The notes beneath the pieces were generated by a model. That model did no database searches, had not been told where the DNA came from, and saw nothing but the letters and a program-made list of their open reading frames with translations. A stretch of DNA of 64,000 nt from Candidatus Nomurabacteria bacterium (GTDB taxonomy: Bacteria > Patescibacteriota > Minisyncoccia > Phycocordibacterales > UBA9973), in the NCBI GenBank assembly GCA_023267375.1, contig JAHFNJ010000005.1, positions 1,285 to 65,284 of the forward strand, given 5' to 3'. Positions within the stretch are counted from its first letter, which is position 1. Every line of letters begins with the position of its first letter. This document shows positions 1-8,800 of the stretch, in pieces. The translations under genes and the position numbers were made by a program.

Positions 1-2
1 TT

Positions 3-158
3 GGTGCCAAGTATGAAGCAAAGACTGAGCTTTCAAGTAAGAATCTTGCGGTGGCACTTGAGCCGGTGATGTTGGTAATAGTCTGGCTCGGTGTTGTCAT
101 GGTTGCGCTTGCTGTTATTTTGCCTATCTATAGTTTGATTGGAGGTGTGAATAAATAA
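3..158 (+). CDS. pilC: Type IV pilus platform protein PilC/GspF, C-terminal fragment (5' end outside window)
   Basis: Manual translation GAKYEAKTELSSKNLAVALEPVMLVIVWLGVVMVALAVILPIYSLIGGVNK* matches the PilC 'LEP...LPIY' end; it precedes pilin genes. Confidence 0.85.
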   Translation, partial: GAKYEAKTELSSKNLAVALEPVMLVIVWLGVVMVALAVILPIYSLIGGVNK

Positions 159-206
159 GAAGCAAGAGTGCTATACAATAAGTAATGCATAGAGGATTAT
201 ATTTGA

Positions 207-2507
207 ATGCTTCATGTCAATCGTCAAATAATAAAAGTGTGCAAGCAGCGGCTTTTTTCGTACACGAAAAGTGTTCGCGGTTTTACGCTTATTGAAGTAG
301 TTTTGGTGATTGCTGTGATAGCCATCATTTCAGTTGTTAGTATCCCGCTTTCGCAATCTATCATCGAGCAGAATAATCTCAACTCAGCTCTTGATGTTAT
401 TCGTACTGATTTAGTGAGTGCACGATCGTTCGCTACTTCAGGAAAAAATAATACCTCTTGGGGTGTTCATATTGAGGCAAATAACGTTACGCTTTTTTCT
501 GGTTCTTCATATGGAGAGAATCCTGATTTTGATCAAACGGAGGCAATTCCTCGGTCTATTACGATAGAGGGGACACTACTTTCCGGTCGCACTATTGATA
601 TTGTGTTTTTGGAATGGTCCGGGCTCCCTGTATTGGAATCTACTTCTGGAACAATCACGCTTACTACAGCTAGTGGTAAACAAAAAACACTTACAATCAA
701 TTCGCAGGGAGTGGTTTATTTGTCTCAAAATGTCTCAATTGTGGAAGTGTCGTGTCATGCGGCGTATTCGGGTGATTGGTCAAGCGGTAGTGCCAACAAT
801 GGAAATGGTATTTGGCGCGGGTGTCATGGATCAGGGGGAACTCCAGCGCAAGACGAAAATATCACGATTGATGATGGAGTTGCAGTATCGATTGACACCG
901 CTCTTTCAAAAGATTTTGGTGATATTACAATTCTGGGAACACTCACTAACAATAGCGGGTCAGGATTGGTTGCACGTTCATTAACAACTCAAAGTAGTGG
1001 TTCGTATACATCATTCGGGACGACCGTAACGCTTGGCGGGAACACGGGGACGCTGGTGACTGTCGATGATGGAAGTTCGATTGATTCAAGTACTCATTTT
1101 ATTATTACGAGCGATGCTGATATTCAGGTATTTGGCGGAACCAATATTGATTCCTTTTTTTCTGGGTTCTCAGGGTCAATTACTTTTTCTCCAACACTTT
1201 CTACTGCGAGGCAGTATGTCTTGGCTGATGGAGGACATTCTATTAGTAATGCGTTTAATATTCTCTCAACTTCTCATAGCGGAGGAGTATTAACACTTAC
1301 CATTGCTGGTAGTAACACTATCGATTCTTTGCATCTCACAAACAGTGGCGACGATGCGGTGCTCCTTCTTAGTGGGGCCAATACTATCAATACAACTACG
1401 TTACTTAATTCATCAGAAAATAAACGATTATCTCTAGGGACATGGGGTGAACAAATCTTGAATGATATTTCTCTGACTGCTGGGGCGCAGGATAGCACTA
1501 TCTTTTTTTCACCGGAGAGTTCGAATACTTACGGTTCGTTTTCAGCTACGGGGAGTGTCTCGTTGAATGCGCAGGTATCTTTTTTACCGAGTGCTGGTCT
1601 TACTCAGACATTTTCCGGTTTGATAAACTTTGGTGAAAATACTAATTTTGTAATAATTGCACCATTAGTTGATTTTTCGAATATTCCGTCACTCTCTTTC
1701 TATAATTTTACTATCCAAAATAATGGCTTTCCTGTCACGGCGACATTTCCATATGCAGTTACTACTGTTATTGCCAACAATTTTATAGTGACTGGTACAG
1801 CTGAAAATAGTATTACGCTCATTTCAAGTGATGATATTACACCGACGCAATTTCAGATTGCTGGTGATGCAAGTAAATTTACTGTTACGTATGCCGACAT
1901 AAAAGATGCTGGTTGCGCAGAGATAACGGGAACGGGAATTGGGACTGACGGGTTTATTACAACAGATACCTCTGTTGATTCTGGTAATAATGGTACCTGC
2001 TGGTTTAACCATGGTATCGATCAGTCTCAGACAACACTCGATGGTAACAACATTTCAATTGGGAAGACGAGCGGCAATGGTATTCATCGAATTGCACAAT
2101 CATTTATTCCGTCAGTCGGCACCGTCTCTGGTTTTTCTCTTTCAAAGTTTACTGGGGATACAAATGAAGGAGTAATTAGTGGTGACGTTATCGTTTCAAT
2201 AGAAGCAGATGATGGATCTGGGCACCCCGACCATACTCCTATTGTTTCTTATACGATTGCAAATCAAGATTGGATTGGTTTGTCGGAAGGTCCATTCTCG
2301 TTTTCCTTCGATACACCAGGATCCCTTACTGTTGGTAATACATACTATTTAGTTGTTGAGGCAACAAGTGCGGATAACTCAAATTATGCAAACATTGACA
2401 TCAATATAAGCGATCTTTATGCAAATGGCAGCCTCTCAATATTTGATGATGCTGGTCTTGTGCAAAACTATTCAGGATACGATCTGTATTTTGCAGTTTC
2501 TTATTAA
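207..2507 (+). CDS. Large minor pilin (FimT/GspH-like N-terminus) with long beta-rich adhesin extension
   Basis: Class III signal RG-FTLIEVVLVIAVIAII; 766 aa; start codon uncertain. Confidence 0.8.
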   Translation: MLHVNRQIIKVCKQRLFSYTKSVRGFTLIEVVLVIAVIAIISVVSIPLSQSIIEQNNLNSALDVIRTDLVSARSFATSGKNNTSWGVHIEANNVTLFSGSSYGENPDFDQTEAIPRSITIEGTLLSGRTIDIVFLEWSGLPVLESTSGTITLTTASGKQKTLTINSQGVVYLSQNVSIVEVSCHAAYSGDWSSGSANNGNGIWRGCHGSGGTPAQDENITIDDGVAVSIDTALSKDFGDITILGTLTNNSGSGLVARSLTTQSSGSYTSFGTTVTLGGNTGTLVTVDDGSSIDSSTHFIITSDADIQVFGGTNIDSFFSGFSGSITFSPTLSTARQYVLADGGHSISNAFNILSTSHSGGVLTLTIAGSNTIDSLHLTNSGDDAVLLLSGANTINTTTLLNSSENKRLSLGTWGEQILNDISLTAGAQDSTIFFSPESSNTYGSFSATGSVSLNAQVSFLPSAGLTQTFSGLINFGENTNFVIIAPLVDFSNIPSLSFYNFTIQNNGFPVTATFPYAVTTVIANNFIVTGTAENSITLISSDDITPTQFQIAGDASKFTVTYADIKDAGCAEITGTGIGTDGFITTDTSVDSGNNGTCWFNHGIDQSQTTLDGNNISIGKTSGNGIHRIAQSFIPSVGTVSGFSLSKFTGDTNEGVISGDVIVSIEADDGSGHPDHTPIVSYTIANQDWIGLSEGPFSFSFDTPGSLTVGNTYYLVVEATSADNSNYANIDINISDLYANGSLSIFDDAGLVQNYSGYDLYFAVSY

Positions 2508-2542
2508 CGGTAAGAAGTAAAAATTTTTTTTCTAATGGTACA

Positions 2543-3508
2543 ATGAAGTACGTGGTTAAACAGCCTTATCACAATACTGCCGGTTTTACGTTAATTGAGC
2601 TCATGCTTGCCGTGGCGCTTTTAGGACTCGTGGCACTCGGTATTTTTTCGGGCGTTTTGTTTGGACAACAAAGTATTACCAATGCTGGTACGCGCAACCG
2701 TACCACAGCTGTTGCGAATGCTACACTTGATATCGTACGCGGGTTGCGCAGTCAGATTTTTGACACCAATACCATACTTGCTGATGGGACGTATGGACTA
2801 GAGAGAAGCACCGGGCGGTGGTTGCTCGATGTGAGCAATTACGGCACAGGGGATACAAACGATTCGACGGGGCTCTATCGGGAGATTGCCATTGATCGAT
2901 CCACCAACCCAGATCAAGCAAAAATAAAAATAACAGTCTGGTCATCAGGAGACAGCAATAGTAGTACCACCCAACCACTCTCTGTTTCCACTATTGTTTC
3001 AAATTGGGAGTCCTTTGTTGATCAACAGCAAGTCTCGCAAGATTCAGCGCTCTCGTTTGGAGAAGGTACTACGACCGGTTTTACGTATGGCATTGTGCAA
3101 TCGTTTGTACCAACGGTGAGTTCTATTTCGGGTGTACGTTTGTACAAAAAAGCAGACACAGGATCTTTTACTGCTGGCGTTCAAGTTTCAATATATGCTG
3201 ATGCTGGTGGAGTCCCAGATATTGGTAGCCTTGTCACGCAGCAGAGTGGGACTTCGTTGGAACTTACTGATTGGTGGGCAAGTCTCGATGTCGGCGTTTT
3301 TTCTGTCGATTTACCTGATGCTGGTTTGACTCCTGGGAATACATACTGGATCGCTGTGGAACCGACTGCTGTTGATATTTCTGGGTCGACGCATCCAAAT
3401 CTTGGTGTCTATTCATCTGGTGGATACGGGGATGTTGAAACGTATAATGCCGATGATGGATGGAGTGTTCCAACAGGGGAGAGTTTTTATTTTGAAACAC
3501 TGTATTAA
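2543..3508 (+). CDS. Minor pilin (PilV-like) with C-terminal beta-sandwich domain
   Basis: AG-FTLIELMLAVALLG N-methylation motif. Confidence 0.8.
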   Translation: MKYVVKQPYHNTAGFTLIELMLAVALLGLVALGIFSGVLFGQQSITNAGTRNRTTAVANATLDIVRGLRSQIFDTNTILADGTYGLERSTGRWLLDVSNYGTGDTNDSTGLYREIAIDRSTNPDQAKIKITVWSSGDSNSSTTQPLSVSTIVSNWESFVDQQQVSQDSALSFGEGTTTGFTYGIVQSFVPTVSSISGVRLYKKADTGSFTAGVQVSIYADAGGVPDIGSLVTQQSGTSLELTDWWASLDVGVFSVDLPDAGLTPGNTYWIAVEPTAVDISGSTHPNLGVYSSGGYGDVETYNADDGWSVPTGESFYFETLY

Positions 3509-3513
3509 AATAT

Positions 3514-4815
3514 ATGGATACTCAAGCAAATAATAATAAAAAATATTATCGCAAGATTTTAAAGAAGAGAATGAAGCCTAGCGCTACAGGCTTTACGCTC
3601 ATGGAAATCATGCTCTATATTGCTGGTCTCTCACTTATTGTGCTCGCCATTTCCGCTTTGTATGTTATTACGCAAAAAACGAGAATTAAAACGGAGGCGA
3701 TTACCGCAGTAGAAGATCAAGGAGTCTTTATTTCTGATTTTATTACACACAAAATCCATGACGCTGTTAGTTTGACAACGCCAGCTACTATTGGGGCAAG
3801 CGCGTCCTCGCTCCAATTTGTGACATCTACTGGTACCAGTGCCACTATTGGTGTCGACACTGATAGTGGCATTCCGTATTTCCAAAATAGTACGACGTTT
3901 AATTTGTCGGATGATAGGGTAAAGCTTTCCCCTCGCATATATGCTATCAGCGAGAGTTTATCGTTGCTAGAGTACGATAATGGATGGAAAAATAAATTCT
4001 CCATCGATTGCTGTGGACTTGTGCATATAGCTTCTGATAAATATGGAAACTTATATATCTCAATAGGGGACGAAAACAAAGTATTTAAATATAATGGAAA
4101 AACTGTAAGTGCTCTTGGAGATGCTAGTGACGGGTTAAATTATCCCATAGGGATGGCTGTCGATTTTTTCGGGAATCTCTATGTTGCGAATCGTGATAGC
4201 AGTTCAATAGTAAAGTATGATGGTGCTTCTTGGAGTGAATTTGCAAATGCGGGAGATAATATAAGTGTGCCCACGGGTGTGGCTATTGATTCTCAAAATA
4301 ATATATATGTAGCAAATATCAATAGTTCTGATAATACAATTCTAAAATATGATGGTATCTCCTGGACTAGTATTGCTTCGGTTTCGGATTTTGGCACAAC
4401 CCCACTTGATATTGCTGTTGATTTATTGGATAACGTATATGTGAGTATTCCTGGAGCGGGGGCAATTATGAAATATGATGGACTTTCATGGGTTGCTATC
4501 GGTTCCCCTAGCGATGGTCTAACATCACCTAGTAGTATTTCTATAGATGCATTTAATAATGTATATGTAAATAATCAAGAAGGCTATGGTTCCATTTTAA
4601 AATACGATGGCTTATCATGGGCCACGATAATACCCGAAAGTAGTGATACCCCTCTATCTTATGGGATTGGTGCGGTTGGTCCCATAACATTTACTCGTGA
4701 TTCGGCAGATACTATCTCATATCGTTTTACGCTTAGTTCCAATACGACCAATACTGGCAATGAATATCAATATTCAAAAACATTTACCGGTACCGCATCA
4801 CTTCGGGTAAACTAA
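3514..4815 (+). CDS. Minor pilin (PilW-like) with internal NHL/SBBP-type beta-propeller
   Basis: TG-FTLMEIMLY motif; repeated P.GIAVD..GN.YVA...I.KYDG units. Confidence 0.8.
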   Translation: MDTQANNNKKYYRKILKKRMKPSATGFTLMEIMLYIAGLSLIVLAISALYVITQKTRIKTEAITAVEDQGVFISDFITHKIHDAVSLTTPATIGASASSLQFVTSTGTSATIGVDTDSGIPYFQNSTTFNLSDDRVKLSPRIYAISESLSLLEYDNGWKNKFSIDCCGLVHIASDKYGNLYISIGDENKVFKYNGKTVSALGDASDGLNYPIGMAVDFFGNLYVANRDSSSIVKYDGASWSEFANAGDNISVPTGVAIDSQNNIYVANINSSDNTILKYDGISWTSIASVSDFGTTPLDIAVDLLDNVYVSIPGAGAIMKYDGLSWVAIGSPSDGLTSPSSISIDAFNNVYVNNQEGYGSILKYDGLSWATIIPESSDTPLSYGIGAVGPITFTRDSADTISYRFTLSSNTTNTGNEYQYSKTFTGTASLRVN

Positions 4816-4838
4816 ACAATCGTTATGTTATATACTGT

Positions 4839-5801
4839 ATGTATCGAATGAACATTACTACGTCAAATACTACTGGTGGATATATTGCCCTTATGACGGT
4901 TATTATTGTGGCGACAGTTATTTCTGCTATCAGTGTGTCGATGCTTGCAAAGGGGACAAGTAGTTCCCAAGAAAGTTTGTCCGCATTACAGTCACAGCAA
5001 TCTCTTGCCTATGCAAGTGGGTGTATCGAAGCAGTACTCCTTGATTTAAAAACTGGCTCTACAACAGCCAACCAATATTTCCCTTCAGCAGATTTGTATC
5101 CGCTCACTGGAGTAGATATTAATGCTTTAGTAACACAACCTGTGTTACTTGAAAATCCAAATGGTGATGATTGCACCTATGCACTCGATTTAACAAATTT
5201 CTCTCAATTGAATACGCTGGCAACTGGTTCGATTACGGCGACAGGTTTTTCTGGTCCCGTCTCGAGTCAGATCGTCGCGACATTTTCAGGTAATCTCGAA
5301 AGTACTGAACCGATGATTATTAGTAACCTGTCCATCACTACATGGCATGAAAAGCCATATTTAAGTTTAAGTGTTTCCGATTCAAACGATGTTTTTGCTG
5401 TTTGGGAAGAAGACTCAGGAGATGTTCGTTGTGATGATTTGTCGACTGTCTGCGCAAAAACCTACACGATCGCAAACAATGGCGACAGTACGTTGACCTA
5501 TGATGTCACTGCGGATAAAAGCTGGGTCGTATTAGGTGGTGATCCATCGACGGGGACGTTGGGTGGTGGGCAGACTGCCACGATTCAAGTTTCTATTTCA
5601 ACCGATACATTACCTGATACACTGGCAACATCACCAACGTATCCAACGACGCCGATTGCAACTGCGACAATACAATTTGGTTTTGTGAGTTATCAAAATG
5701 GTGCCGGCGCAACAACACGCACGGTCAATTTTATGGTGCCTTCCGGGGTGACTGTCGGGAAGGCTGGTGCTACCATAGAAGGACTAGTTGCTATAAGATA
5801 A
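4839..5801 (+). CDS. PilX-like minor pilin with C-terminal Ig-like (BACON-type) domain
   Basis: GG-YIALMTVII lacking Glu5; 'SLAYASGCIEAVLL' helix; 'TIANNGDSTLTY.VTADKSWV' Ig motif. Confidence 0.7.
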   Translation: MYRMNITTSNTTGGYIALMTVIIVATVISAISVSMLAKGTSSSQESLSALQSQQSLAYASGCIEAVLLDLKTGSTTANQYFPSADLYPLTGVDINALVTQPVLLENPNGDDCTYALDLTNFSQLNTLATGSITATGFSGPVSSQIVATFSGNLESTEPMIISNLSITTWHEKPYLSLSVSDSNDVFAVWEEDSGDVRCDDLSTVCAKTYTIANNGDSTLTYDVTADKSWVVLGGDPSTGTLGGGQTATIQVSISTDTLPDTLATSPTYPTTPIATATIQFGFVSYQNGAGATTRTVNFMVPSGVTVGKAGATIEGLVAIR

Positions 5802-5804
5802 AAC

Positions 5805-8800
5805 ATGGCTGAAACATATACAATTAGAAATGGTGCGCTCAAGAAAGTGTTTTCTTTTTTTTCAAAGCGCAGCAAACTCTTTTTTACCATAGGGGTTTGT
5901 ATGTTTCTTTTTCTCGCCTCACCACACTCGGCATTTGCGGTGAATACTTGTGTTTCAAATGCAAGTGGTAACTGGAATACTGCAGCGACGTGGACTTCTT
6001 GTAGTAGCACTGTGCCACAAACAGGGGATTCAGTAAGAATTAGTAGCGGTCATTCAGTGGTAATGGATGTCGATACACCAGTACTTGGAAATGTGACAGT
6101 AAGAGGAACACTCAATACGTCAGATGGTGTAACGAGTCATACTCTCTCAGCTTCTCAGCTTTTTGTTGGAGAAAGTCTCGGAGGATATAACGGTACCTTT
6201 ATTGCTAACTCTTCTACTATCAATCTTTCAGGGACATCTGCTGTGTTGAGTATTCAAACAACTAGTAGTATTTTTACCTATGGCACTTCTACTGTAAATT
6301 TCACTGGTAACAGTGTTTCAGGTATGATTAATTTAGCATCTTCAGGTTCAGTTACCTTGTATAATGTAAACTCATCAGGAACCGGCACAAAGACAATAAG
6401 CTTAGCGAACGCTACCATCACAATTGCTAATGTCTTTACTATTTCTGCAGGCACTGTTGCGTTTTCAACAGCTGTGACCTCTGCGAACCTCATACTTTCA
6501 GGCACTACGGGTACACCACTTAATCTTACTGGTGGAAGTTTTACGGCCACAGGGAACAACACTACCGTTACGTATTCTGGAAATAATGCCGCGGGTAATA
6601 CCACTGTTGCCGCAGCTACATATGGCTCTTTGACTTTAAATAACAGCAGTGAGAGGTATCAACTTGGCGGAGATATTACTGTGGGTGGTACAACTATTAT
6701 ATCGGCCAGCACCGAGTTTACTTCGAGTGATGGGACAGATCATAACTTAACCACTGGCGGTCTTGTTATTTCCTCAAATGCGCTCTTCCTCATGAATAGT
6801 TCGACTATTACTATTACAGGTAATGCAAATACTGTTGCTAGTCAATTTACAAATTCTTCCAGTCGCCAAGACGCGATTGCTGCCGGAACCTCTACTATTA
6901 AGTTTACTGATACAAGTGTCTATTCTAAAACAATGAGCTCTGCTACTGCCACCTTTTATAATCTTTGGATAACTGGAACTGGAACTGGAACATATACTAT
7001 TACTGGGAGTGGTAGTAGCTCTTTTACTTTTAACGACATAAAAGATGATAATACTTCTGCGCATACGGTTAGTTTAAATTCAACCATATATGTAAACACC
7101 TTTAATGTTTCTGGGGCGGATAGTTCGCATAAAATTTCACTTACAAAGGCTGGTGGGGCAGGTGTTCTACATAAGACGAGTGGGTATGTAAGTATTGACT
7201 ATGTGAATATCGCGAACCTTACAGCTCAAGGTGGTGCTGCGTTTTATGCTGGTTCACACAGTACTGATAACGGAGGTAATTCTGGATGGATTTTTGGAGA
7301 TCCTTCATGCACAGCAACAACAAGCGGTGATTGGAATACGGGAGGGAATTGGACTGGTTGCTCGGGCGGTGGCGGTATTCCAGGAACATCAGATAACGTG
7401 ATAGTTCCTTCTGGAATAAATCTCACACTGAGCACGAACACAGCTACACTTGGAAATGTAAACGTGGCTGGCTCGATTGACACAACTGGCTCAAACTACG
7501 CAATCAATGCAGCGGGGCTTGTTATAAGTTCAACAGGTACAGTTATTGCAAATGGTTCAACTATTACACTCTCAGGTACGGGGGCGGCATTTTCTCTTTA
7601 TGGGGGGATATTTAGTGCCGGAACTTCAACAATTAATTACACAAACAGTTCAAGTGCTGCTAAAGCATTTACGGGTGGCAACGGAACATTTAATAATGTT
7701 ACTTTTACTACCGGTAGTACAGGAACATATACTATTACGGGTAACAATACATTCAACATTTTCTGGATTACTGGAACAGGGACAGGAACGTTTACATTTT
7801 CTAGTTCTTCCAATACTTTTACTGAACTAAAAGATGATAATACTTCTGCTCATTCCATCTTTGGAAATTCTTCTACGCAAACAGTGACAACTTTTTCTGT
7901 ATCGGGTGCCGATAGTTCGCATAAAATAAACTTTGGTTTAAACGTTTCAAAATCAAGTGGGGTTGTTGTTGCAAATTACCTGACTCTTACTGGTAGTGTT
8001 GCGAGCGGTGGGGCCTCGTGGTATGCCGTAAACAGTAATAATGGGGGCGGTGGAACATCAGGTTGGGTTTTTATTAGTGGTTGTGTAGCGATAACAACAG
8101 GAAATTGGAATACGGGAAGTAATTGGAGTGGTTGTACTGGTGGAGGAGGGGTTCCGGCGGCTGCGGACACTGTCACCATTGTATCTGGTGTAACAACTAC
8201 ACTTGATGTAGCGACTCCTGTTGTCACTGGCCTCACTGTTTCTGGCACGCTTGATACTAGTGTCACAAATTATGCACTCAATACAACGACACTCACCATT
8301 AGTTCCGGGGGAACGCTTACTGCTAATGGTTCAACCATTACACTTTCTGGAACTTCTGGAACGCTGTTTACAAACTCAGGTACTTTTACTGCAGGTACTT
8401 CGACGGTCGATTTCTCTGGAGCGAGTTCCGTAACTCTTAATTCTGGATCAATTACATTTTATAACCTCACTGTTTCTGGTGGCACTGTTGCAACAGTCAA
8501 AACACTCGGCGCCGCCACTACGCTTGCCTCTGGTGGTACGCTGACTGTTTCTGCGGGGACATTTGATCCAAGTACGTATCTTGTTACTGGTAATGGTTCA
8601 AACACTCTGGTTGTGGCTGGTGGAGCGGTTGCTCGAGTGAAAGCATCTACGTTTACAGGGAATTATTCATCGGGTTTCAGTAGCACTTCGTTTGCCGCCA
8701 ATTCCACTATTGATTACACCTTAAACGGTACGCAGACAGTTGATAGCACTATAAGTTATGTTAATTTGACGGTTTCAACGGGAGGAACAAAATCGTTGAA

